Assembly (NCBI RefSeq): GCF_009914755.1
Contig: NC_060944.1
Direction: 5' to 3' (one strand)
From: the human T2T-CHM13v2.0 reference genome, Homo sapiens
Length of the DNA stretch: 64,000 nt
Shown here: positions 1 through 13,040 of the stretch, piece by piece
How the letters are laid out: each line of letters begins with the position of its first letter
How positions within the stretch are numbered: position 1 is the stretch's first letter
Notes under the pieces: model-generated
Database searches by the model: none
What the model saw: the letters and a program-made list of their open reading frames with translations, nothing else
Told to the model about the DNA's origin: nothing
Translations under genes and position numbers: made by a program

Positions 1-71
1 CACTTAAAAAGGGACACATTCTTATTTAAGGATATATCAAGGACGCCCAATAAAGTAGTAGTAAGAAAAGC

Positions 72-578
<507 letters not shown>

Positions 579-1750
579 GCTTCTTCATTTATTTTCGTTA
601 TTTTATAGTGGGGAGCTATTTGAAGCATATTTCTACTGCAAGTTCTTGATAAAGTCATACACTCAAGAGAGAGAAAGGCTTTTAACAATTTACATTTTCA
701 AATGTATCTTGACAGTCTTACTGTGTTAACTATGACATATATGTATATATACACATACATTATATATACATAATACACATATATGTATAAATGTTATCTA
801 ACTTTTTTTGTAGTTTCAGCGCACTAGGGGTTACATTTTTGACTCTTTGTATGACTGTCTCCCCTAGTATGCCCTAGTGTGCTCAAAACATTAATAGGTA
901 CGATGTTACAAGGTGGCAGTAAAAAGTTTTGAGTACACTCTCCATATTGGGTAACTGGCTGATGAAAATAAAAATGTTAGTCTTTGAATGGTTGTCAGTA
1001 TTTTTAAAATATCTAGTAAGAAATGAGAAAACTATCTGCAGTAGCTGCATTAAAATGCATGGAAACATCAACTTTTTCTTGCTTTTGAATCTTAGTTCAT
1101 TAGAATAAGTTTGTCTCATATTAATCAGATACTCAGATTAGTTCTTTCACATATATTTAATTAATGTTAATGATAAAACATACATAGATATGGATATAGA
1201 TATAGATATATAATAAAAGTCATCTGGAAGACAAAATATAGAATCCATAGGCAATAATAGTACTAATAAAGGTATCTCCTTTGTCTGAAATTCAAATGAT
1301 TGCCTTTCCACTAAATCTCAGTCAGTTTTAGAATCATGAATTTCTATATATTTTTAGTAGTAAGTCAGAACTCATTAAGGCAGTGAGATTTAAGCAAGTA
1401 TTATAAAACACCAATTTGATTATTTTTACAATAACATTAAAGCAAACCAAACTCTCGAATGTAGTAAAATGTCTTTGTTCTCTGTTTCCTAACTATCATC
1501 TTTATGAACACTTTCCATCTTTTATCCCTTTATTGCCTTCAGTAAAACAGCTTAGCTTCTTGTATTCACTGCTTTGGATTTAGGAGTTCATCCAAGCCAC
1601 TTATAGCAGTAGAAGCAAAAGCATAATTTATCTGTACTTAATACAAGAAAGTCAATAGCCATTTGTGTTTCTTATTTTGTGACTTACCTGCTCGTTTTCC
1701 AGTCAGGCTGATTACTTTTACTGGAATTTTTTTTTTTAATGATTGACAAT

Positions 1751-2260
1751 TGTTTCACTTAGCTATTGCTGCAGAACAAACCACCCTAAAATTTAGTGGC
1801 TTAACACAACCACCATTTTATTTCTTCATGAATTTGTATGACAGCACCTTGCTTGGGCTCAGCTGAGTGGTTCTTCTGGTGATTTCACCTGATATTACTC
1901 ATGTAGCTGTGGCCATCTGTTGGCTTCATGTGGGCTAGGTGGTCCAAAAATACCTCACTCATTTGTCTGATAGTTGGTGCTTGCTGTCACTTAGGTTTGC
2001 TCTCCATATAATCTCTCATCCTTAAGGAGTCTAGCTCATATATCTTTACATGGTGGACTCAGAGCAGCAAGAGAATAAAAGCAGAAATTGCAAGACCTAT
2101 TGATGAGTTTGCACAACTTCATTTCAGCTGTATTCTATTAGCCAAACCATGTGGTTGCTTAGATTCTAGTGGACAAGAAATAGTTTCCACTTCTTGATGG
2201 GAGGAGCAGCAAAGTCACATTAAAGAAGAGCATGCGTACAGGGAGGAATCATAGGCATCT
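1751..2260 (-). mobile_element. MLT1-family (ERVL-MaLR) LTR
   Basis: ttagctattgctgcagaacaaaccaccctaaaatttagtggcttaa is the reverse complement of the MLT1 3' end. Confidence 0.8.
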
Positions 2261-2393
2261 TTTTATCTTTGTTCTCCTAATTTTTGATTTACATTTTTAG
2301 AACCCATAGTGCAAGGACATAAAGTGTCCTTTTAGGTGACTGTATTTTTATCAAGGTGAAACTCTTTATCTCTTTTATTGCCTTTTGTCTTGA

Positions 2394-3119
<726 letters not shown>

Positions 3120-3217
3120 CCAACTTTTTAATTTAAATATCTTTCTTATTAATAAGCTATATTAATAATGTCTATCTTAGGAATCAATTCTTACCAGTTT
3201 TATTATACTACCAATAA

Positions 3218-3628
<411 letters not shown>

Positions 3629-4359
3629 TAGAACACAGTTTCAAAAATTTTTTCAGAGAGAATTTATTAATTATAAACTCTATAAGAACCTATATCTTTA
3701 GACATATCTTTATTTGATTCTCAGAATTAAATGCTAATTTGGCAGTTGGCTGTCTTCTATCTTATTTCCCCCCTAAGAATTTTAAGAATAGAATTTAATT
3801 TTTGATACCATCTCATATTTCAGATGAGAAGTCTAATACCATTTCTTTGTAGGTGATTTTTTTAAAAACTTGATGCTTTTATGATTTTTTTCCTTTATTT
3901 TAATGTTCGGAAATTTTACCAGGTTGTGTTTAGATTCAGGGCTTTAGCTGTTAGTCCTGTTCAGCATATGGTGGACCCTTTCATTCTGAAGTCTAAACTT
4001 TGTCTCCAGCTTGAAAAAATTTCTTTAGTTATATCTTTGGTATTTCCAATATCCCTGTACTCTTTTTCTGGAACTCCTGTTAGAGATTGAAACTAACATT
4101 GAGATTTCAAGATCTATCTTTCATGTCTCTGAATTTTTCTTCTCATACTTTTATTTCTGTTGTTTAATTGTGTCTTATGTCTCGAGGCATTCTTCTGGCT
4201 ATTTCAACCCCAGTGTCTTGTTTAGGAAATATTTCATAACTGAACGCTCATAGTAAATATCAGATGCAAATGTCAAACTCAACCACTCTGAAACCCAGGA
4301 CTGAATGAAATAGCTCTACCACTTCCTGCCCTCAGCCTTTTCTCCTAAATTCTATAGCC

Positions 4360-4468
4360 TCTTTTCTCCCCTTCTTTTTCTTTCCCTTTCTTTCCTTTTT
4401 CTTCCTTTTTTATCTTCCTTTCCTTTCTTTTTCCTTATCTTTCTTCTCTTCTCTCTCTCTCTCTTTCT
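4360..4468. repeat. CT-rich low-complexity tract
   Basis: Almost pure pyrimidine run. Confidence 0.85.
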
Positions 4469-4474
4469 GCACTT

Positions 4475-5005
4475 TTTAAAGTTTTTTAAAACTACATATA
4501 AATTACATGCAATAAAATGGATGAATCTTAAGGGTTCAGTTTCATTTTTGACAGTTGTATATGCCTATATAGTTACCACCAAAATTAGGATATAGAACAT
4601 TCCCCATCACCCCAGAAAGTCTTCTAGTGCACAATTGTAGGCAATTTGCTCCTTCCAGAGGCAACCAATTTCTGGCTTCCATTACCGTAGATTAGTTTTG
4701 CCTGTTCCAGAGTTTCACATAAATGGAAATGTACTTTTTGCATTTTTCCATGTGCCTGGCTTCTCTCATTAAACTAAGTTTTTGAGATTCATTTATTTTG
4801 TGTGTATCAGTAGATTTCTCTCTTTTATTGCTAAATGATAGTCCACTGTGTAACTCTATCACAATTTGTATATCCCCATCAATGGACATTTGGTTTGTTT
4901 CCATTGCTTTGCATATTATGAGTAAGACCATGTTAGTATTCTTACACAAGCCTTTCTGTGGACCTATGTTTTCATTTCTTGTGAGTAAATTTCTAGTAGT
5001 AAGGC
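4475..5005 (-). mobile_element. L1M (L1MB/MC/ME-type) 3' end
   Basis: atatagaacattccccatcaccccagaaag and ccatcaatggacatttggtttgtttcca are typical of old L1 3' ends. Confidence 0.8.
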
Positions 5006-5389
5006 TGACATAGTCTCTGTTCTTGATAGTATTGTGGTAATTCTTCTAGGGAAACTGACTTTTTAGAGATCTCACTTTCCTTTTCTCACCTCTGTAGTGC
5101 TTCACTTTCAATTGGTTGCCACTTGTTTCATATCTACCAGAAATCCCTCTCTCTCTTCTGTTGGCCCTTCTTTCAGCTTTCCAATTCTGTTGTGGATTGA
5201 CTCATATTTCTTCTACCTCCTCCATAGAATTAATAAATAGAAAAGAGGTAAACGCCACCTTGGTCGGCCACCTTGAGCTCAAGCACTATAATTCTATTTC
5301 TTAATTTTATTTTCCTTTATATAAACCAAAATAAAGTTCTATCATTTGTGCTGTTCCTTCATTTATTCACTTCTACTCATAGTTTAAAA

Positions 5390-5810
5390 GGCATTAATCT
5401 TTGAGGTTTGGGGGCATCCTCAGATGTCTATTCATTTGGTCAAGAAGAATCTGTTTTGGTTTTAATGCCTCCAAAGCAAATAATCTCAATAACATTTTCC
5501 ATATGTCATACAAGTGTTTTTTAACAACTCTTAATATCAGAACATTTTTCCTCTGATATGCCCATTAAATCTTTTACGCTACATGTTAATTTCATGTTCA
5601 CTTTGTTCACTTTTTTTTCTTCCCAGAGTTCATGAACAGGTGGCTGCTCTCTTTTCAAGAAACTTCTCCTGTAGAACTTGAAGATTATTATGTAATAGTT
5701 CCTTTGTCGTCTCCAAATTCCATTATCTCAGTTTCTTTAACTTGTCTTCATTAGTCTTATTGTAAAACATTTTAGTGCTTTCTGTGGTTCTATTATTTCT
5801 CTCTCATCTT
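5390..5810 (-). mobile_element. L3/CR1 LINE 3' fragment
   Basis: Minus strand reads atgaagacaagttaaagaaactgagat...atcttcaag...gggcatatcagaggaaaaatgttctga, a decayed form of the CR1 ORF2 C-terminus (YEERLRELG...FRLDIRKKFF). Confidence 0.55.
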
Positions 5811-6249
5811 CTGAGAGCATCTTTCTTTTGCAACCCTTGGCTTAGGGTTTACAAATTTTACCCTTTACAAATTTTATGATTTGTAAAGAAAAGAATGACA
5901 ATGAAGCCCCTTAGGTCCTCAATGACAGCTAAGAGTGTCCCTCTGTCTCTACTCATCCCCCAAAGACAGGAGATAATTTAGAGATGGGATGGGGGTGTCG
6001 GTTTAGTGCCCAGATTATATGTAGTGAGTTCAAACAAACAGCAAGGGAATGTGTTGTAGAAAAAAAAAGAAAAGAAAAGAAAAAAAAACCTCACTTTGCA
6101 TTTTATTTAAACCTTATACAATTCCTTTTTATAAGAATTATAAGAAACTGTGAACATAAATACGTAAAACCTAATTTCTTTCTTTCTGTGGCTTATCAGT
6201 CAAGAGGTTAGATCAAGTCCAGTGCTGACAAAACCAATATGCTTATTAT

Positions 6250-6440
6250 GCCCAGTGTTTCTCTTGGGACTAAGCACTCACTGCCCATTGTGGTCCCTGA
6301 CTTGATAATGTACCCTTCTGGCTCTTTCTCTTCCCTGCCTTCCTCCCTCTTCGCCTACCAGAGATTTCTGGGGTCATCTCTCAAATAAATTGCTTGTTCT
6401 TTGTCTCAGGGCCTGCTTCTAGGAAAACCCACACTAAGTG
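6250..6440 (+). mobile_element. LTR16-like ERVL LTR 3' fragment
   Basis: caaataaattgcttg...tgtctcagggcctgcttctaggaaaacccacactaag resembles the LTR16 3' end. Confidence 0.65.
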
Positions 6441-7451
6441 AACCACACCCAAATGGTAGTCATGGTAATAATGGATACTCCTCTAGGTAGCAACAATACA
6501 GGAAGTCTCCAGAAGGGTAACAGAGCAGAGTTTCCATGAGGCCCCTGCTTGTTGTTGTCATTAACAGCGAGGAAGTCTGTTAGCCTCAGAGAGATGTGCT
6601 GCAGGCAGCAAAAGAACCAGGCTACCCCATGCCCTCCCGGAGCAGTCAGGAAGAGGGAAATTCCAAAATTACAGAGATGGGCTGCAAAGGTCACGCCTAG
6701 GCAAAGCCTACAAATTCCTGGTGTTTAGAGATCTAATGGGTCCTTTTTCTCCTGAGATGCTGATCCCATGGTCCTTTACTATCTTAGGTGGGAGGATGAG
6801 TAACAATGGGGAGGCCTCAGAGGCGTGTGGGATTGTCATCTACTCCCTGTGAGGCATCAACTCCCTGAGCACAGACCAGCACGTGTCCCTGGAAAGTTAT
6901 TTTTGTAAACCGAGTAGAAGTAAAAACAGTAGGTTAACTACCCCTTCTTCCTGTTGGCCTGACTCATGCACATTTTAGTAAACCCAATCATCTTGCACAG
7001 AGCACTCTCTATGGCTGACACACATCCATTAGACAGCAACACCCACATTCCCCATGGAAGAGATAGTACTGCGAGGTTCATGGAATAGAAGAGTTCTGTC
7101 TTCAAGTTTGGGTCTCTGAGCTGCCTGATTTGCAGTTTTGAGTACCCCAATCACCAAATATTCAAGAGCAGTGACCTGGAAAAGGTCAGGTAGGCTTTGA
7201 ATGCGATGGGCCATTGATGTCATCTGGACACCACTTATCTATTTTCAAAAATAACAAAGTATGTCCAAAATCTGTATGAAGAATGCAGAGAAGGTGGAAA
7301 TGGTCATAGCCTGCCCCAGTGTTAACTTCCTCCCATAAGCATCCAGGTAGAATATTTTCACCAAGGACAAAGAAACAAATAACAGACATGCCTTGCCTCA
7401 CAGGTAACCCTGGGAGATGGCAGTGAGGACAGGAGGAGAAGAGTGGCAGTC

Positions 7452-8015
7452 ATTTTATTATTATTTTTTTAAATACAGCTTTGTTGAAGTGCAATTGACA
7501 ACTAATAAACTGTACATATTTAAATGAAAAATTTGACAATACTGACACCTGTAAAACCATCACCATAGTCAAGATGATGAATAAATCTACCATCTGAAAA
7601 GTTTCCTTGTGCTCCTCTGTGAGCTTCAGCAATCTCCAAGCAACCACTGATCTGCCTTCTCTCACTGTAGATTAGTGTTGGATTTCCTAGACTTTTATAT
7701 AAGTGGAATACAGAATGCATAGCATTGCATGATATGGCTTTTTGCTCATGTTGAGATTCATTCATGTTGTTCTGTGCATAGATAATTTGTTCCTTTTTAT
7801 TACCAATTAATATTCTATTGTGTGGATATACCACCATATGTTTACCCATTGACCCATTTAGGTTATTTCCTATTTGGCAACTATTAAAGATGCTGTGAAC
7901 ATTCAGGTATAAGCCTTTGTGTGAACATTTGCTTTCATTTCTCTTGGGTGAATACTTTGGAGCAGAATGGTTGGATCATATAGCAGTTGTATGTTTAGCT
8001 TATTAAGAAATTCTG
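7452..8015 (-). mobile_element. L1M (L1MB-like) 3' end
   Basis: Track ORF 7520..7849 is decayed L1 ORF2 C-terminus, followed by a typical 3' UTR. Confidence 0.85.
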
Positions 8016-8626
8016 GAAATCTTTTTGGTGCACTCACATAAAGTGTTTAGGATCTACAACAATCCAGGTACTCCCTTGGAAAACTTCACAGCATTTGAAG
8101 GTTGAATCCCAGGATGATATTTTTCTTGGTTAAAATGTAAGTGTATGAACTACAGTATATTATGAAATACTGAAAGAAGGAGAGAAGATACTGTCTCCTT
8201 AGAAGGAATTCTCCTTTCTTTTCAGAATGCCCAAAGTAGTCTCATGGGTCTCGATTCTCCAAGTGATGGTGGTGACAGACATTGATTGTAGTGACCATCA
8301 TGGTGGGGGTTGTGAAAAGAAAATTCGATGCTGGACCAAAAAAAAAAAAGAAAACAGGCCGGAAAAGTGTCCCAGAAGAAAACTCTACTTCTCCCGTGTC
8401 CTGCTGTCCAATATTCCTTGATTCTCTTGCCCCATTCCTTGTCCCCATGAGTGGAAATTAAGAAAACCAGAAATAGATTTCGTATCTCCTGCCTGGGGCC
8501 TCAATTACATTGTGACATAGAAACCTGGTATGGATTTTGAGCTCAACATGAATTGGAAGCCAAGTTTATTGCTGGGAATCTTCAAATTTCAGGGAGTAGG
8601 AAGAGCAAAAATAAAAATGGAGATCC

Positions 8627-8927
8627 TGCCGGGCGCGGTGGCTCATGCCTGTAATCCTAGCACTTTGAGAGGCCAAGGCGGGTGGATCACCTGAGGTCGG
8701 GAGTTCGAGACCAGCCTGACCAACATGGAGAAACCCCATCTCTACTGACAATACAAAATTAGCCGGGCGTGGTGGTGCATTCCTGTAATCCCAGCTACTC
8801 GGGAGGCTGAGGCAGGAAAATTGCTTGAACCAGGGAGCTAGAGGTTGCAATGAGCCAAGACTGTGCTATTGCATTCCTGCCTGGGCAACAAGAGCGAAAC
8901 TCCATCTCAAAAAAAAAAAAAAAAAAA
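8627..8927 (+). mobile_element. AluSp/Sq-like element
   Basis: Full dimer with A19 tail. GGAGATCC is repeated at both flanks. Confidence 0.96.
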
Positions 8928-9149
8928 GGAGATCCCATTAGATGTTCCTAATTCTTAGCCCAAGAAATGAATTGAGGAAATTCTGACCTTCTGGGCACAT
9001 GGGACATAGGAAAATACAGATTGTTAGTGACTCACATAGGATTCTCATTATGAGGGAAAATACTGTCCTTCTCTTACACATAAGGTAACCCATCCATTGC
9101 CCAAATGTTCACTAGGTGCATTCATGGCCCAGAGATAGACAAGAAGCTC

Positions 9150-10293
9150 AGAATGGCTTCTCAGCCCTTGCGCCCAGAATGCGATCTACAGACCACCAGT
9201 ATTAGCATCTCCTGAAAGCTTGTTATAAAATAAGAGTTTTAAGCCATGCCCAGAACTACTGAATCAGAATCTGCATTTTAAAAATGTTTACTTATATATA
9301 TTTTGGGGGTACAGGTGCAGGTTTCTTAGGTGCGTATATTGTGTAGTAGTGAAGTCTGGGCTTTTAGTGTACTCATCACCTGAGTAGTGAATATTGTACC
9401 CAGTGAGTAATTTTTCAGCCCTCATCCCCTCCACCTCCCACCTTTTGGAGTCCCCAGTGTCTGATTACTCTTTGTATGTCCGTGTATGCCCATTGTTTAG
9501 CCCCCACTTATAAGGGAGAACGTGGTATTCGACTTTCTGTTTCTGAGTTATTTTGCTTAGCATAATGGCCTCCGGTACCAGCCATGTTGCTGCGAGAGAC
9601 ATGACTTCATTCTTTTTTATGTCTAAGTAGTATTCCATGGTATATTTCTTTACCCAGTCTTCCACTGATGGACATTTAGGTTGATTCCATGTCTTTGCTG
9701 TTGTGAATAGTGCTGTGATATAAACAGATGAGTGCGGGTATCTTTTTGATGTATTGATTTCTTTCCCTTTGGGTATATACTCAGGAGTGGGATTGCTGGA
9801 TTGAATGGTAGTTCTCTTTTTGGTACTTTGAGAAATCTCCATACTGTTTTCTATAAAGGTTGTGCTTATTTACATTCCCACCAACAGTGTATAAGTGTGC
9901 CCTTTTAGCCATGTCCTCGCCAACATATGTTGCTTTTAGATTTTTTAACAATAGCTATTCTGACTTGTGTAAAATGGTATCTCATTGTGGTTTTAATTTT
10001 TATTTCTCTGATAATTAGTTATGTAAAGCATTTTTTCATATGTTTGTTGTCCTCTTGTATGTCTTCTTTTGAAAAATGCCTGTTCATGTCCTTTGTCGAC
10101 TTTTTAACGAGGTCATTTGGTTTTTTCTTGCTGAGTTGTTTGAGTTCCTTGTGGATTCTGTATGTTAGCCCTTTATCAGATGCAAATATTTTTTGCATCT
10201 GATAGTTTGCAAATATTTTTTCCTACAGAATCTGTATTTTGACAAGGTCCCCAGATTAATCATATGCAGGTCATGGTTTGAGAAACACTGGTC
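9150..10293. mobile_element. MER5A (hAT-Charlie) split by an L1 insertion
   Basis: First half ends ...actactgaatcagaatctgcatttt. Second half resumes cagaatctgtattttgacaaggtcccc...tttgagaaacactg. Confidence 0.8.
9280..10225 (-). mobile_element. 5'-truncated L1PB-like element
   Basis: ORF2 C-terminus in track ORF 9465..9842 (TTAKTWNQPKCPS). 15-bp TSD CAGAATCTGYATTTT at 9265-9279 and 10226-10240. Confidence 0.93.
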
Positions 10294-10349
10294 TACATGC
10301 ATGTTTTTCTTGCAAGTTGCAGGTCCCAGAAAGCACTTAATACAGGTCC

Positions 10350-10645
10350 TGTGTTATCCAGCTATTGCCTAATAATAATGCTGTAGGACAACTACTCCAA
10401 ATCTCAACGGTCTGCAATTATAAGCATGTACTCTCACACTCATGGGTCCATGGGTCAGCTGAGGTTCAGTAGATCTAGGCAGGGCATGGCTTTAAGCTAT
10501 GGATTGGGTCTAGGTTTACACTATGGGTCTCCCATTCTTTTGTGACCAGCAGGTTACCTGCCACACATTTCTCTCATGGTGATGGGATTACACATCAGTC
10601 ATATCTGTTACCATTTCATCAGCCAAAGCAAGTCACAAGATCCAA
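10350..10645 (-). mobile_element. MLT1-family LTR fragment
   Basis: agctattgcctaataataatgctgtaggacaactactccaaatctc...gccaaagcaagtcac. Confidence 0.7.
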
Positions 10646-10669
10646 CAGACTAGCCAAAAAGTGGTCATG

Positions 10670-10810
10670 GGCTTTGGAGTTGTTTTGATTCCAGTTCTGC
10701 TCCTCAGTTAAGTCTCTGCCCCTAAGCAAAATCCTTACACTTCTCTACATCTCTGTGTCCCATTCAGTAAAATGGGATAAGAATAGTTAACATCACCAGG
10801 GCTGTGTTGA
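10670..10810 (+). mobile_element. MIR fragment
   Basis: Core ...cattcagtaaaatgggataagaatag. Confidence 0.55.
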
Positions 10811-11240
10811 GAAGCTGCTCAGCCTGGCTGTGTGGCCAGAGTCAGGCCAAGAGAAAGGGTGAGTCCCAGAGGGCCCTGCCACTGAGAAGTTAGAGCTGGA
10901 GAAAGCTCTCACATGTCATCCTATGGGTTGCTCTGGCAGCACATGATTCGGCCCCCACCAAGGGTTGTTTCTGAGTCAAGAAACACATGCCCATCACTTT
11001 CCATCTTTTTTCAGAATGGTTGTCCTTTCACTGCTTACAAATTGTGTGCTACATGGTAGGAACTGTGCCTGCAAATACGTTATTCATCACTCACGGGGCT
11101 TGGACAATATAAGCCTGCGACCACTTTCCCTGATGAAAGGGCACCGTTTCCTACCTTCCTTCCCCAGATGCAACAAGAGAAACAGAACATGCCTGGGGAC
11201 AGGAGTTCCAAAGCTCTGTGCATAGTATATTGTACTTCCC

Positions 11241-11534
11241 TTTTTTCTTTTTTTTGAAATGGAGTCTCATTGTGTCACCCAGGCTGGAGTGCAGTGATGC
11301 AATCTTGGCTCACTGCAACCTCCACCTCCTGGGTTCAAGCAAGTCTACTGCCTCAGCCTCCTGAGTAGCTGGGATTACAGGCACCCACCACCACGCACGG
11401 CTAATTTTTATATTTTTAGTAGAGACGGGGTTTCACCATGTTGGCCAGAATGGTCTCGATCTCTTAACCTTGTGATCCACCCACCTCGGCCTCCCAAAGT
11501 GCTGGGATTACAGTCGTGAGCCAATGTGCCCGTC
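11241..11534 (-). mobile_element. AluS (AluSc-like) element
   Basis: Full dimer in reverse orientation. Confidence 0.95.
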
Positions 11535-11655
11535 TCGGCCATCCTTCTAACAAGGACCTGCTCAGAGTTACAATTCTTAGGAGTAATACAGTAGAAGACA
11601 ATTATGTTAACAAACTTCTCACCTTTCCAACTAATGCTGGGATATTCATTGAGTT

Positions 11656-12521
11656 AGCATGGGAAAGACTGGCACCCATGATTCAATTGCCTCCACCTGG
11701 GTCCTTCCCACAACACATGGGAATTCTGGGAGAAACAATTCGGTTGAGATTTGATTGGGGACACAACCAAGTCATATCATTCCACCCCGGCCCCTCCAAA
11801 TTTCATGTCCTAACATTTCAAAACCAATCATGCCTTCCCAACAGTCCCCCAAAGGCTTAATTTATTTCAGAATTAACCCAAAAGTCCACAGTCCAAAGTC
11901 TCATCTGAGACAAGGCAAGTACCTTCTGCCTATGAGCCTGTAAAATCAAAAGCAAGCTAGTTACTTCCTAGATACAATGGGGGTACAGGTATTGGGTAAA
12001 TACAGTCATTCCAAATGGGAGAAACTGGCCAAAACAGAGGGATTACAGGGCCCAGGCAAGTCTGAAATCCAGCAGGGCAGTTAAATTTTAAAGCTCCAAA
12101 ATGATCTTCTTTGACTCCAGGTCTCACATCAAGGTGACACTGATGCAAGAGGTGGGTTCCCATGGTCTTGGGCAGCTCTGCCCCCGGGGCTTTGCAGGGT
12201 ACAGCCTCCCTCCAGCTGCTTTCAGGGGCTGGCATTGAGTGTCTGCAGCTTTTCCAGGCACATGGTGCAAGCTGTCGGTAGATCTACCATTCTGGGATCT
12301 GGAGGACAGTGGCCCTCTTCTCACAGCTCCACTAGGCAGTGCCCAAGTAGGGACTCTGTGTGGGGGCTCCGGTCCCACATTTCCCTTCTGCACTGCCCTA
12401 GAAGAGGTTCTTCATGAGGACCCTGCCCCTGTAGCACACATGAAGTCCCTCCCACAACACATGAGAATTCTGGGAGATACAATTCAATTGAGATTTGAAT
12501 GGGGACACAGCCAACATATCA
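11656..12521 (-). mobile_element. Deleted THE1A-like MaLR provirus: partial LTR 11656-11779, internal 11780-12436, partial LTR 12445-12521
   Basis: Two copies of the LTR 5' end (...gagatttg...ggggacaca...catatca) flank THE1-int sequence (ttccaccccggcccctccaaat..., cctatgagcctgtaaaatcaaaagcaag). Confidence 0.92.
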
Positions 12522-13040
12522 ACATGCCCTTGGCCCAGCAATTCCACCTGAGTATGTGCCCAACAGAAATCTATTCACTAATGCACTCAAAGACCTAAAA
12601 AATAATGTTCATAGCAGCACTGTTTAAAATGGCCCCAACCTTGAAACAACCCCAATGCCATCAACAGAATGGATAATAAGGTAGTTAAGTGTACACAGTG
12701 GGAATGAACAAATGACAACTATATGCAACATGCACAATTTCACAAATGTAATGTTGAGTGAAGGAAACCAGGCACAGTAAAGTACATGCTGGATAATTCT
12801 GTTTAGGTAAAGTTCAAAACCAGGAAAAAGGAACCTGTGCTGTTGGAAGAGAGTTACCTTTGTCAGGGAAGTGATGAAAAGGGAGTCCAAGGAGGGCAGC
12901 TAGGGTGCTGGTAATGTTTTGCCTCTTGATCTAGGCATTGGTTGCCTAGGTGTCTTCAGTTTGTGAAATCTCATTGAGTTGTAGAGTTATATATGTGTAT
13001 ATTTCTGTAGGAATATCATACTTCAATTTTAATAAAAGAG
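12522..13040 (+). mobile_element. L1ME-like 3' end
   Basis: cccagcaattccac...aatgttcatagcagcactgttt...aaacaacccc...cttcaattttaataaaa. Confidence 0.8.
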
